DNA of 64,000 nt from an uncultured Opitutaceae bacterium (GCA_903862595.1 CAIOYO010000092.1:588-64587); one strand, 5' to 3'. Counted from the stretch's first letter, positions 1-12,422 are shown. Program-made: numbers and translations. Notes: generated by a model not told the origin, from the letters alone.

Positions 1-119
1 TCCCAGCTCTCACCGATGGGACGGGCCGGTGGCAAGGTGCGACCAAGGGCGGCTTCGAGGGCGCGACCGCCCCAGACGCGATCCTGATAGAGAGGCTGGA
101 AGCGCAGCAGTTCGTTCAT
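1..119 (-). CDS. class I (cupin-type) mannose-6-phosphate isomerase, N-terminal fragment; gene runs off the left edge
   Basis: Own translation of the reverse strand from ATG at 119: MNELLRFQPLYQDRVWGGRALEAALGRTLPPARPIGESW... This matches the conserved N-terminus (R-x-WGG ... IGESWE) of type I phosphomannose isomerases. Not in the ORF track because it is truncated by the window edge. Confidence 0.55.
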   Translation of the reverse strand, partial: MNELLRFQPLYQDRVWGGRALEAALGRTLPPARPIGESW

Positions 120-233
120 GGGAGGTGGAGGAGAGTGGGAGGCAGTGCGAGGAAGGAGAGGCTGAGGGCCGGGATTGCGTTTGCGAATGAACCGTGTTGC
201 CCTCCGCCACGCGCCGTAGGTGCTCAAGACCAG

Positions 234-2825
<2,592 letters not shown>

Positions 2826-2947
2826 CAGCAGGCCGCCCGACGCGTCGACGGCGAGCCCGGTGCCATCCATTTTCGTTCTTCGCGAAACCCGCTCCGCCAT
2901 TCGACTTCCGTCTTTCCTCCACCCATCATTTCGCCTTACTGAGCCCC

Positions 2948-3787
2948 ATGCAGACGATCGGCGAACGCCTGGAAGAAGCCCGTAAACGGAAGGGTGTGTC
3001 GATTCGCGAAGCGTCGGAAGCGACGAAGATCCGCGGCGAATACCTGCATAAGTTTGAGAGCAACCAGTTTGATCTGCGACTGCCTGAGATCTACGTCCGC
3101 GGCTTCCTGAAGACGTACGCGTCGTTCCTGAAACTCCCGTCGGACAAGCTCGTCGCGGACTACAAGGCCCTCGGGTTGGGCGAACTCAAGGGACGCGGTC
3201 TGCAGCGCGAGAGCCTCGGACGCATGGACCTGTCCGTCGCGACGGCCAAGCCGACCGGGCGCGAGGATGTGGCGGGCGCGGTCGCCGCGACCGAATCTCC
3301 GGGGGCGGGCGCCGTGTCCAGCGATGAGAACAACCCCGCCACGTTCCGTCCGCGCGCTGGGGCGGGCCCGCAGATCGACCGTTCCTTGGTGATCAAAGGC
3401 GTTCTGGCGGTGGGCGTCCTCGCCGCCGCCGTTCTGGTCCTCGTCGTAGCCATCCGGTTTATCACGTCGGACACCCCAGCCCGCGCTCCCGTAGGATCGG
3501 CCACGCCGGCCACCATCGCCGTCGAACCGGTCGCCGGCGAACCCACGATCACGCTCTTCGCGTCCGCTCCTGCCTCGGTCACGGTGACTCAGGTGGCTGA
3601 CGGCAAAGTTTTGCTTCGCATCCGCCTAGCCGCCGGCGAGCAGCGCACGATTCCGCACCGGGGCCAGCTGCAGATCGAGGCGAATCCCCCGGAGGCCGTG
3701 CAGTTGGAAATCGCCAAACGCCGCCATCCGATGCCTCCCGGAAAGGACGGCCTGCCAGTTAAGTCGGCGGTCATCAAGGGACCGTAA
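2948..3787 (+). CDS. RodZ-like cytoskeleton/shape protein (HTH + TM + C-terminal beta domain)
   Basis: N-terminal XRE-type HTH (IGERLEEARKRKGVSIREASEATKIRGEYL), central TM helix (VLAVGVLAAAVLVLVVAI), C-terminal beta-rich segment resembling the RodZ C-domain. Confidence 0.6.
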   Translation: MQTIGERLEEARKRKGVSIREASEATKIRGEYLHKFESNQFDLRLPEIYVRGFLKTYASFLKLPSDKLVADYKALGLGELKGRGLQRESLGRMDLSVATAKPTGREDVAGAVAATESPGAGAVSSDENNPATFRPRAGAGPQIDRSLVIKGVLAVGVLAAAVLVLVVAIRFITSDTPARAPVGSATPATIAVEPVAGEPTITLFASAPASVTVTQVADGKVLLRIRLAAGEQRTIPHRGQLQIEANPPEAVQLEIAKRRHPMPPGKDGLPVKSAVIKGP

Positions 3788-3916
3788 TCTCGGCCGGGCG
3801 GCCTCGCCCCTAGTGCGGGATCAGAATCATCGGTCACACCCGCAGTGTGTCCGCTTGCCTGACGGCAGTTACCCGCCCGCGGACGATTCAAGCCGCGAAC
3901 GGGATCGAGCCGCTGC

Positions 3917-4594
3917 TCAGCGCAGGCCGACCGGAGAACCAAGCACTTCGCGCAGGAGAACCGCCCGCCGGAGGCCGCGCGGGTCCTGCAGCACTTCACT
4001 CAGAGAGTACTCTTTGGTCCGGTCCACGACTGCCGCACCGGACAATGCCGGAGCGGCGGGAGTGACCAGCGTGGACGTCAAGGCCGCCAGCTTTTCGCGC
4101 TCGCGCCGACCCTGTTCCTCCATCGCTTGAAGCTGTTCTTGCAAGGCCCGCTGGCGCTCGCGGCTGAGCCTTTCCTCTTCGGCGCGCGCGTCGGCCTCGG
4201 GATCCAGCATGCGCCGCAACAAGTCACCCATCGGCTCCTGCGCCACCGGCCGGGGTGACCGCGGCGCTTCCTCCATCGGATCCAACTCCGGAACCCGACT
4301 TGGAGTCGAGGGCACCAGCAAAGGTGGCACCTCGGACCTTGCGACGTCACCACCGGCCCGTCGCTCCAGAATCTTCCGCCGGATCTCCTCCTGAATGCGA
4401 CGCGTGCGCTCGACCTCCGCCGGATCGGGCTCGTTGGGATCCAGTCGACGGACGGTCGGCGGCGTCTCGGGGACGTCATCACCGTCGTAATCGGCCGACT
4501 CGCCGTTGCGTTCCCGACGGCGCTGGTTGAGCCAGTACGCGATCGCACCGGCGACGGCGATCAGGATTTGGAAGTTATCGAAGATCCAGTCCAT
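3917..4594 (-). CDS. hypothetical membrane-anchored protein (N-terminal TM helix, charged Glu/Arg-rich region)
   Basis: ATG at 4594, 45 nt downstream of the floA stop on the same strand. One N-terminal TM helix (FQILIAVAGAIAYWL) followed by a highly charged, probably coiled region. No family recognised. Confidence 0.5.
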   Translation of the reverse strand: MDWIFDNFQILIAVAGAIAYWLNQRRRERNGESADYDGDDVPETPPTVRRLDPNEPDPAEVERTRRIQEEIRRKILERRAGGDVARSEVPPLLVPSTPSRVPELDPMEEAPRSPRPVAQEPMGDLLRRMLDPEADARAEEERLSRERQRALQEQLQAMEEQGRREREKLAALTSTLVTPAAPALSGAAVVDRTKEYSLSEVLQDPRGLRRAVLLREVLGSPVGLR

Positions 4595-4639
4595 GGAGGC
4601 AGCCGGCCCGGGTCGGGCCGGCGTTGCGGACCGCCGGCC

Positions 4640-5650
4640 TTACTTCTTCCCCTCCGGCTGGGCGATGGTCTGCCGCATTGCGGTGTCGGCCTGCACGTTT
4701 TCCATCTTGTAGTAGTCCATCACCCCCAGCTTGCCGGTGCGGAACGCCTCGGCGATCGCGAGCGGCACCTGGGCCTGAGCCTCGACCACCTTCGCCTGCA
4801 TCTCCTGGATGCGCGCCTTCATTTCCTGCTCGAGCGCCACCGCAGCAGCGCGCCGAATTTCCGCCTGGGCCTGCGCCATGTTCTTGTTCGCCTCGGCCTG
4901 CGCGACCTGCAACTTGGCGCCGACATTTTCACCCACGTCGACATCGGCGATGTCGATGGAGAGGATCTCGAACGCGGATCCCACATCAAGGCCGCGCGAA
5001 AGCACCGTCTTGGAAATGCTGTCCGGAGACTCCAGCACCGCCTTGTAGCTTTCCGCGGAGCCGATCGTCGTGACGATACCCTCGCCGACGCGCGCAATGA
5101 TGGTGTCTTCCTTCGCGCCGCCGACGAAACGGTCGAGGTTGGTGCGCACCGTGACACGCGCCTTGACCTTCACTTGGATGCCGTCCTTGGCAACGCCATC
5201 GATGGTCGAACGACCACCCTCAGGATTGGGGCAATCGATGACCTTCGGATCAACGGAGGTCCGCACGGCCTCCGCGACGCTCTTGCCCGAACCCTTGGTC
5301 GCAAGGTCGATGGCGCATGCGCGCTGCCAACTGAGGGCGATGCCGGCTTTCTGCGCCGCGATGATCGCATGGATGGTCGGCACGACGTTGCCGCCCGCGA
5401 GGAAGTGGGCTTCGATCGCGTCGATGCCAACATCGATCCCCGCCTTCTTGGCCGTGATGCGGGCATCCACCACGAGCCCGTAGGGCACTTGGCGGAGCCG
5501 CATGGCAACGAGATCGATGAAGCCGACGTACGCACCGGCCAGCCACGCACGTAGCCAGACGCTGAAGAACGACAGGATGATGAAGAGAACGATCAGCGCC
5601 GGGATGAGGATCAGCACCAACCAGAAGAACGAAGACCGAAGGACGTCCAT
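4640..5650 (-). CDS. floA: flotillin-like protein FloA (SPFH/UPF0365 family)
   Basis: Near-collinear similarity by eye to Bacillus FloA/YqfA: [77 protein letters not shown]. Confidence 0.9.
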   Translation of the reverse strand: MDVLRSSFFWLVLILIPALIVLFIILSFFSVWLRAWLAGAYVGFIDLVAMRLRQVPYGLVVDARITAKKAGIDVGIDAIEAHFLAGGNVVPTIHAIIAAQKAGIALSWQRACAIDLATKGSGKSVAEAVRTSVDPKVIDCPNPEGGRSTIDGVAKDGIQVKVKARVTVRTNLDRFVGGAKEDTIIARVGEGIVTTIGSAESYKAVLESPDSISKTVLSRGLDVGSAFEILSIDIADVDVGENVGAKLQVAQAEANKNMAQAQAEIRRAAAVALEQEMKARIQEMQAKVVEAQAQVPLAIAEAFRTGKLGVMDYYKMENVQADTAMRQTIAQPEGKK

Positions 5651-5655
5651 AGGAG

Positions 5656-6120
5656 TTAGGATTTGGTTACGATAACACGAAAACTTTCGACGGCGACCAC
5701 GCGCAGCGTGTCGCCCTTGGCCAGCGGACCGGAACGGCTAAACGCGTCATAGCGACGCCCGTCAACCTCGACAAAGCCGGAGGGGACGAGCGGCGTCAGC
5801 GCGCGGCCCGCGCGGCCCACCAGGTCCGCCTCCTCCGGCACCTCTTGGCTATGGGCAGTGATAGCGGTTTCCAGAAACATCCGTCGACCGAGCGCGGTGC
5901 GGGGTAGGACAACGAACTCGATGAAGAGCATCAGCCCGATGAGCGCGACGGCGATCGCCGCAGCGGCCAAGCCTCCACCCACGCCATAGGTGACGAACGC
6001 AACAACCACCCCGGCGAACAAGGCGATCGCCCCGATGATACCGAGAATCGCTCCGGGAACGAAAACCTCGAAGGCAAGCAGGATGATCCCCGCCGTAAAC
6101 AATAAGGTGATCGCGTTCAT
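5656..6120 (-). CDS. NfeD-family membrane protein (short form, C-terminal OB-fold)
   Basis: Three TM helices plus an NfeD C-terminal motif ([25 protein letters not shown]...GDTLRVV). Its ATG overlaps the upstream nfeD stop (ATGA). Confidence 0.75.
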   Translation of the reverse strand: MNAITLLFTAGIILLAFEVFVPGAILGIIGAIALFAGVVVAFVTYGVGGGLAAAAIAVALIGLMLFIEFVVLPRTALGRRMFLETAITAHSQEVPEEADLVGRAGRALTPLVPSGFVEVDGRRYDAFSRSGPLAKGDTLRVVAVESFRVIVTKS

Positions 6121-7607
6121 GACTCGATGGTCTCCACAACGAGCCCGAATTCGGAACGTGACCGCACCACCACGGCGGCCCCGCGCTCCACGGAACCCAC
6201 CGCCAGACGCGCCTCGTAGCGGTGGCCATCCACCTCTACTTGTCCGCTGGGATAGAGGCCGGTGACGGCCACCCCGCGGGCGCCGATCAAGCTGGGCGCC
6301 GAAGCCACGACTTCAGGGGCGCTGCCCGCCATCTGGGCGGCACCCGACACGCTGGTCGCGAGGACCATGCGATCCCAAATCCAGCCGCGGGGAAGGAAGC
6401 GCGCGAGCAACAATCCGAGGACCACGGCCACGCCGAGGCCGGCGACGAGGTTGGCGACCGGCTCGAGGAAGACCTCGGGGGAAAACGTGATCGGTTCGTT
6501 CGGCCAGAGGTCCGCCATCGACCAGACCAGCGAGCCCAGCATCAGGAGAAGGCCGCCCGCCGCGACCACCACCACGCCGGGGAAAAAGATCAACTCGACC
6601 ATGACCGCGAGCAGGCCGAGCACGAACACCAGCACCGGCTCGTGTCCGGAAAAGCCCGCGATGTAGTGGCCGAAAAACACGGCCGCGAGTAGCACGGCGG
6701 CCGAGATCCCGAACACGCCGAAGCCCGGCGTCTTGAACTCGATGAACGCCAAGAGCAGCCCAAGACCGAGCAGCAAGGGACGCACCGAGTTCAGCAACAC
6801 GGCAAACTTCTCGGACCAGCTCACTTCGAATCTTCGCGTGGACTCGGCGGTGGCCCCCAGCTTCTGGGTGAGCAGTTCGTCCAACGTCGCCGCCGTGCCT
6901 GCGGCCAAGAGCGGCTGCGCCGGATCGCCGTAGCGCTCATTGGCTTCGGAGGCCGTCAGCGAAAGGAGCTCTCCCTTCGGCTTGATGATCTTGTCGCCGA
7001 TCTTGAGTTCATAGTTGGCGTCGATCATCGCCGAAATCACTTCGCCCCGGTAACCTTTTCCCTCAGAGACCGCCCGGACGCGGGCGCGCAGGTAGCTGAC
7101 GATCTTCTGTTTCATCGAGGCATCAATTTCCCCGCCCGTGGCCATCACGGGCGCCGCCGCCCCGATCACACCCGTTGGCGCAAACCAGATCTCACTGGTC
7201 ATCGCAGAGATGAACGCCCCGGCCGAAATCGCCTCCGTGTTCACGTAGGTGATCGTTCGTCCCGGAAAGCGGCTCAGGGCTTCCATGATCTCGAAAGTCA
7301 CATCCAAGGCCCCACCGGGGGTCTTCATATCGAGCACCACGACATCAGCCTTCTGCTCAATGGCTTCCTTCAAGCCCCGCCGAATGATGTAAAGAATCGG
7401 CGTGGCGATCTCCTCGCGCACCGGAATCACCATCACCCGGGTCGGCGCAGCCGCGAGCGCGGAGGCGGGGGCGGTCGACGGCGCCGGGGATGGAGCAGAC
7501 TCAACCGCACCGGCGGCCGACGCCTCCCCGGACCTTGCGAGCAAGGGAAAGAGGAGGGCCAGCAGCAGGGTGGCCATCGCTCGTGCCGGGAGGAACGTAA
7601 CTGACAT
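6117..7607 (-). CDS. NfeD-family membrane-bound serine protease (ClpP-class, long form)
   Basis: Signal peptide, ClpP-like domain (VVLDMKTPGG, EAISAGAFI), multiple TM helices, C-terminal OB-fold (GVAVTGLYPSGQVEVDGHRYEARL). Same architecture as Bacillus YqeZ, which sits upstream of floA. Confidence 0.8.
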   Translation of the reverse strand: MSVTFLPARAMATLLLALLFPLLARSGEASAAGAVESAPSPAPSTAPASALAAAPTRVMVIPVREEIATPILYIIRRGLKEAIEQKADVVVLDMKTPGGALDVTFEIMEALSRFPGRTITYVNTEAISAGAFISAMTSEIWFAPTGVIGAAAPVMATGGEIDASMKQKIVSYLRARVRAVSEGKGYRGEVISAMIDANYELKIGDKIIKPKGELLSLTASEANERYGDPAQPLLAAGTAATLDELLTQKLGATAESTRRFEVSWSEKFAVLLNSVRPLLLGLGLLLAFIEFKTPGFGVFGISAAVLLAAVFFGHYIAGFSGHEPVLVFVLGLLAVMVELIFFPGVVVVAAGGLLLMLGSLVWSMADLWPNEPITFSPEVFLEPVANLVAGLGVAVVLGLLLARFLPRGWIWDRMVLATSVSGAAQMAGSAPEVVASAPSLIGARGVAVTGLYPSGQVEVDGHRYEARLAVGSVERGAAVVVRSRSEFGLVVETIES

Positions 7608-7723
7608 CCAACGAACCTATTTCCGGTTCTGGTGGTGCGCAAGCGTCCCCCCTTCCAAAAAGGTCGCATCTTTCCGATGATTCCCATGGCGCCCGCCGCC
7701 TCGGGCTTCTATCACCCCACGTC

Positions 7724-8644
7724 ATGGAATCGGTGCCCTACCTAGGCCAAACCCTCAGCCGCTGGCGCGTCGGCGCGTCCACGTTCCTAGCCCTCCCCGA
7801 ACTCGGCGCCCGGTTGGTCAACTGGAACGTCACTCACGCCGACGGCACCGTACGCGACGTGATCTACTGGCCGGAGCTCAGCACGCTGGATGAGGTGGCG
7901 CGCGTCAGGGGCGGCAATCCGATCCTGTTCCCCTTCAACGCCCGCACGTTCCATCAGGGTACAATTCACCAATGGAAGGATCCTGAAGGCCAGGTGCGGC
8001 CCATGCCAATGCACGGAATCGCCCGACAGGGGAAATTCCGGGTCACGCACAGTCACGAACTGGGCTTCACCGCCGTGCTTGAGCCCGATGCGGCGGCGCA
8101 CGAGGCCTACCCTTACGCCTACGAGTTCTCCGTGACGTACCGCTTCTCGCCCACTGGGCTTTCCTGCGAGTTCTCCCTCGAGAACCGGGATCAACGTCCG
8201 ATCCCATGGAGCGCCGGCCACCATTTTTACTTCACCGTTCCCTGGGAGGAGGGCCTGAGCCGCGTGGATTACAGCATCCAGATTCCCGCCACCCGTTCGG
8301 TGCGTCAGGATCCAACCGGCCAGCTGACCCCCGGCCCCTCCTTCGCGAGCGAGGAGCCTTTGGATCGTCCCGAACTGGTCGACGCCATCCACCTCGGTTT
8401 GCGCCAGAACACTGTGGTCTTCGGTCCCCGGGGCACCCCAGGTGAAGTGAGGGTGGAAATCGGCACCCAGCCCGTTCCCGTTGCTGACTCCGCCATCGTG
8501 ACCTGGTCCGGCGCTGCGGATGCCCCCTACTATTGCGTGGAGCCGTGGATGGGCCCTCCGAATGCCGCCGAACACGGGGTGGGCCTCCACTGGGTGCCCC
8601 CGCGCCAGACCCGGACGTTCAGCGTGGCCGTCACGATCGCCTGA
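7724..8644 (+). CDS. aldose 1-epimerase (galactose mutarotase-like) family protein
   Basis: 306-aa ORF with mutarotase-like motifs (GGNPILFPFNAR, MPMHGIARQGKF, PYAYEFSVTY, HHFYF). ATG at 7724. Confidence 0.6.
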   Translation: MESVPYLGQTLSRWRVGASTFLALPELGARLVNWNVTHADGTVRDVIYWPELSTLDEVARVRGGNPILFPFNARTFHQGTIHQWKDPEGQVRPMPMHGIARQGKFRVTHSHELGFTAVLEPDAAAHEAYPYAYEFSVTYRFSPTGLSCEFSLENRDQRPIPWSAGHHFYFTVPWEEGLSRVDYSIQIPATRSVRQDPTGQLTPGPSFASEEPLDRPELVDAIHLGLRQNTVVFGPRGTPGEVRVEIGTQPVPVADSAIVTWSGAADAPYYCVEPWMGPPNAAEHGVGLHWVPPRQTRTFSVAVTIA

Positions 8645-8726
8645 TCAGGCCAGCGATCACTCCAACGCCGGCGCCCTAAGGCTTGCCTGTCACCCGAGTC
8701 TGGCGCACATTCCCCGATCCACGCGC

Positions 8727-9278
8727 ATGGCGGTCTCATCCATGAACTCCTCGGTACTCGCCCTCATCGGAGACATCGGTGGCCCCGAGCTGCTGCTCAT
8801 CTTCGTGCTCGTGTTGCTGCTCTTCGGGGGAAAGAGCCTGCCCGACTTCGCCCGGGGCCTCGCCCGCTCCATTCGCGAATTCAAGAAGGCCACCAGCGGG
8901 GTCGAGGAGGAGATCAAGCGAGCCATGGAGGAGCCGCCCCCTCCGCGCCGCTCCCTGCCCCCGCCTCCCCCTCCCGTCTCGGATCATGGGTTCGATCATG
9001 GTGGTCAGCCGGCCGCCCACGACTCCTACCACGACTACTCTCATCACGATTATCACGCGGGGGAGCATCCTGCGGGACCCTCCGGCCACGAGGTCGATTC
9101 ATCGATCCCGCCGGCTCCGCCCGCTGCCTCTGAGCCTGCCACCGCGGGCGATGCTCCAGCTCCGGCGGAAACCGTGACCCCGCACGCGGATCACGCCGCT
9201 TCGCAAGGTTCAGCGCTCCCCGCTCCCGCCCCCGCGAGTTCCGGAGAGAGCGCCCCAGGGCCCTCAAAGGCCCCGTAA
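8727..9278 (+). CDS. tatA: twin-arginine translocase subunit TatA/E with long His/Pro-rich C-terminal tail
   Basis: Internal ATG at 8727 of track ORF 8520..9278. TM helix plus amphipathic helix motif GGPELLLIFVLVLLLFGGKSLPDFARGLARSIREFKKA. Residues ~70-183 are low complexity. Confidence 0.8.
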   Translation: MAVSSMNSSVLALIGDIGGPELLLIFVLVLLLFGGKSLPDFARGLARSIREFKKATSGVEEEIKRAMEEPPPPRRSLPPPPPPVSDHGFDHGGQPAAHDSYHDYSHHDYHAGEHPAGPSGHEVDSSIPPAPPAASEPATAGDAPAPAETVTPHADHAASQGSALPAPAPASSGESAPGPSKAP

Positions 9279-10772
9279 CGCGCTCGGCAGGCGGTCCAGT
9301 AGATCGCCAGTCGCCACCGCGACCTGACCCCGCTCCCGCGCCAAGGCGTCCGCCGCACGGGCGTGCCACAGCGCTCCGCGAGCCGCCGCACGCACAGGAT
9401 CGGTCGGCGCCTGCGCGAGGAGGCCCCCGATCAATCCGGCCAACACGTCGCCACTGCCCCCACGCGCCAGCACCGGGCCTCCAGCCAAGACTACTTGAGA
9501 CACCCCGCTCGCCGCCACGCGCGTCATGGGGCCCTTCGCCACCACGACGATAGAATGGGAGACCGTGAACTCTTCCGGGGAGAGGCCGGCGGCGATCCGG
9601 CTCCACTCGCCGGCATGGGGCGTGACGATGCACGGTCCGCGCACCGCCCGCAGCACGCCCGGCTGCAGGGAATCCGCGTCGAGCACCACCGGCCGAGCGT
9701 CCGCAGCCACCTGCGCAGCCACCCACGCCAGGGTCTCGGCTTCACGGCCGAGGCCGGGACCGATCACCCACGCATCGATACGTTCGCCCCGCTGCTGGAT
9801 CAGGTGCCGTCCCTCCAGCGCCAACCCGCCGTCCGGGGTCTCAGGCCAGCCGACCCAGATCGCCTCCGGGGCGGCCGCCGCGAACGCCGGGACCAGCGAC
9901 TCCGGCACGAATGCGGAAACCAGACCGGCGCCGCTGCGCAACGCCGCCTTCACCGCCAACAAGGCAGCACCGGGATAGTGTCGGGAACCGGCAAGGATAC
10001 CAACATGACCGAACGAACGTTTGTCGACTGCGGAAGGCCGCAGCGCCGCCAGCGGAGCCAATAGGGCGGGACGAAGCACCCGCGTGGTGCCGCCGACCCC
10101 AGCAGCCGAGAGGTCCCAGCCAAGGTCCACCCAACGCACTCGACCCGCATTCGGAAGGGTGAGTGCTAGGTCCTTCACCGTGCCGGTGGCGTACGTGAAG
10201 TCGGCCCGGAACGCCCCCGGCTCCGCGAGACCGCTGGGGAGATCGACCGCCGCACGGAAGGACACCGACAGCCGCTGCGCCCGCTCCAAGACCTCGCGCG
10301 CGATGTCGGGCAGGGGCGAACGATACTGGAAACCAAAAATGCCATCGAGGCAGACCGCAAAGTCACCGCCCCACTCATCAGCGACACGGAGCTGCCTCAC
10401 CCTCTCCGGCGCCGAATCCTGCAACTCGCGCCACGCCCTCGCGGCCAACGGTCGCAGCGCCCGTTCACCGAACACGAGGCAAACGTCCGCCGTGGCACCC
10501 GTGATCGCCGCCAAAATCCGCTGCGCCGCAATCAACGCGTCCCCGCCGTTGTGCCCCTTCCCGACCAGCACAAGGACGCGTGCACCGGGCTGGAGTCCGC
10601 CATGTTCACGCGCATCGCGCAGGATCCCATCGCCCACGCCGGCGCCGGCCGCCTGCATCGCCTCCCACTCCTTCGCCTCCGCATTCGGGCCGCTGAAGCG
10701 CGCCTGCTCGAAGGCCAAGGCCTCGGCGCAGGAGAAAACCGGGGCGGACTCGGGATACGGCAAACCACTCAT
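9264..10772 (-). CDS. nnr: bifunctional NAD(P)H-hydrate repair enzyme Nnr (epimerase/ADP-dependent dehydratase, YjeF)
   Basis: YjeF_N motif GKGHNGGDALIAA plus a C-terminal carbohydrate-kinase-like domain (VIGPGLG, GGSGDVLAG). Its ATG overlaps the upstream stop (ATGA). The 3' end overlaps the convergent tatA by 15 nt. Confidence 0.9.
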   Translation of the reverse strand: MSGLPYPESAPVFSCAEALAFEQARFSGPNAEAKEWEAMQAAGAGVGDGILRDAREHGGLQPGARVLVLVGKGHNGGDALIAAQRILAAITGATADVCLVFGERALRPLAARAWRELQDSAPERVRQLRVADEWGGDFAVCLDGIFGFQYRSPLPDIAREVLERAQRLSVSFRAAVDLPSGLAEPGAFRADFTYATGTVKDLALTLPNAGRVRWVDLGWDLSAAGVGGTTRVLRPALLAPLAALRPSAVDKRSFGHVGILAGSRHYPGAALLAVKAALRSGAGLVSAFVPESLVPAFAAAAPEAIWVGWPETPDGGLALEGRHLIQQRGERIDAWVIGPGLGREAETLAWVAAQVAADARPVVLDADSLQPGVLRAVRGPCIVTPHAGEWSRIAAGLSPEEFTVSHSIVVVAKGPMTRVAASGVSQVVLAGGPVLARGGSGDVLAGLIGGLLAQAPTDPVRAAARGALWHARAADALARERGQVAVATGDLLDRLPSALRGL

Positions 10773-11245
10773 GGCCGACGTGAAACCACCGGGGGCCCGG
10801 TGAACTGCAGCGGGGCGCCGAGACCCAGACCGCGCTCCACCATGGGGCGCGTCAGTCCAGGCAGGGGCCGAAAATAGAATTCATCCACCCGCCGCACGAC
10901 TTCGAAGGCGTCACTGTAATCTCCGGTTTGGGCGTTCCACAACGCCACCTGCGTGGTGTCATCCAGCCAGACCGCATGGTGTCCCCAGGCACGCCAGACC
11001 GCGTCGAACGCCGCCGCGGTCGGCTCACCCGCCCGGGCGGCGGTGGGCGAATCGGGGCTCGACCCGCCTGAAGCCGATGCCTCCGCCACCGCGGCGGCCG
11101 GCTCGCGCTGCATCTCCTCGACCAGGTACTGGCGTCGGAGCAGGAAGACGAACACCGCGCCGATCACGAAACCAAGGAGGACCCATGACGGGGCCTGCGA
11201 CAACTGCGCCCGCGGTGAGCGCGGGGATGGCGCGTCACCGCTCAT
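10769..11245 (-). CDS. hypothetical single-pass membrane protein
   Basis: Internal ATG at 11245 overlaps the acpS stop (ATGA), and its own stop overlaps the nnr ATG (ATGA). One TM helix (WVLLGFVIGAVFVFLL). No family recognised. Confidence 0.55.
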   Translation of the reverse strand: MSGDAPSPRSPRAQLSQAPSWVLLGFVIGAVFVFLLRRQYLVEEMQREPAAAVAEASASGGSSPDSPTAARAGEPTAAAFDAVWRAWGHHAVWLDDTTQVALWNAQTGDYSDAFEVVRRVDEFYFRPLPGLTRPMVERGLGLGAPLQFTGPPVVSRRP

Positions 11246-11664
11246 GGGCTGCCCTTCTCCGCCCGCACCAAGGCAGCGACCGCCAGCGCCTGACCGTCCG
11301 TGTGGGCCAGGGTGAGCAACACGTGGGTGGCCCCTGCTTCGCGCAGCAGGGCCTGGCCTTTCTCGTCGAGCCGCACGCGCGGATCCATCCGCTCGCCATG
11401 GTAAACGGAGACGGACTTCCACGAAAGCAGCGGCCCGATCCCGGTCGAGAAAGCCTTCGAGACCGCTTCCTTCGCGGCGAACCGTGCCGCGAAGTGCTTA
11501 TGCGGATACTTCATGCCGAGGCAATATTGCCGCTCCTCCTCCGTGAACACCCGCTCAAGAAAACGTTCTCCCTGCCGGTCCCAGACACCACGGATGCGAT
11601 CGACGTCCACCAGATCGGAGCCGAGGCTGACCAACACGCCGCCGGGAACGAGGTTCAGGCTCAT
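11242..11664 (-). CDS. acpS: holo-[acyl-carrier-protein] synthase
   Basis: [20 protein letters not shown] and the C-terminal LSLAHTDG-like motif (LTLAHTDG). ATG at 11664 overlaps the pdxJ stop (ATGA). Confidence 0.9.
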   Translation of the reverse strand: MSLNLVPGGVLVSLGSDLVDVDRIRGVWDRQGERFLERVFTEEERQYCLGMKYPHKHFAARFAAKEAVSKAFSTGIGPLLSWKSVSVYHGERMDPRVRLDEKGQALLREAGATHVLLTLAHTDGQALAVAALVRAEKGSP

Positions 11665-12422
11665 GCGTGGGGGCGCTCGTTGAGGCGACGGCGCATCTCC
11701 GCCACGGCCTCGGCGATTCCCGAGAAGAGCGCGCGACTGATGATGCTGTGGCCGATGTTGCACTCGCGGAGGTGCGGCAGGCCACGCACCTCGGCCACAT
11801 TGACGTAGTTGATGCCGTGGCCGGCGTTGACCACCAATCCGAGGCCATGCGCACGCGTTGCGCCGTCACACAGGCGCTGCCACTCCCGGGTGCGGCCAGC
11901 GGGGTCCACGGGATAGCAGTTGGCGTACGCTCCGGTGTGCAACTCGATCCAAGGCGCACGCAACTCGGCCGAGGCAACGATCTGCGCGGGGTCCGGGTCG
12001 ATGAAAAGGCTGGTGACAATTCCCGCCCCGCGCATCGCCTCGATCACCTCCTGAACCTTGCCGCGGTGTCCGACCACGTCCAGCCCGCCCTCGGTCGTGA
12101 CCTCCTCGCGGCTCTCCGGCACGAGGCAGACACTGTGCGGATTGAGACGCAGCGCGAAGTCGATCATCGCCGGGGTGCACGCCATCTCCAGATTGAGGCG
12201 CGTCCCCATGCATTCGCGCAGGCGCCAGACATCGCGCTCCTGAATGTGCCGACGGTCCTCGCGGAGATGCACCGTGATGCCGTCCGCCCCGGCGCGCTCC
12301 GCGATCAGGGCGAGGGCCACCGGATCCGGTTCGACCGCGCCGCCCACCGTGGCGGAGTGCTGCCGATAACGCGCCTGCCGCAGGGTTGCGGCGTGGTCGA
12401 TATTGACGCCCAGGAGAATCAT
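11661..12422 (-). CDS. pdxJ: pyridoxine 5'-phosphate synthase
   Basis: [44 protein letters not shown] motifs. The classical pdxJ-acpS linkage is present. Confidence 0.95.
   Translation of the reverse strand: MILLGVNIDHAATLRQARYRQHSATVGGAVEPDPVALALIAERAGADGITVHLREDRRHIQERDVWRLRECMGTRLNLEMACTPAMIDFALRLNPHSVCLVPESREEVTTEGGLDVVGHRGKVQEVIEAMRGAGIVTSLFIDPDPAQIVASAELRAPWIELHTGAYANCYPVDPAGRTREWQRLCDGATRAHGLGLVVNAGHGINYVNVAEVRGLPHLRECNIGHSIISRALFSGIAEAVAEMRRRLNERPHA

Noticed and set aside
8520-9278. 252-aa ORF as an N-terminally extended TatA overlapping the epimerase gene
   Set aside because: The first 69 codons overlap the 3' end of the aldose-epimerase-family CDS in another frame. The canonical TatA N-terminus begins at ATG 8727.
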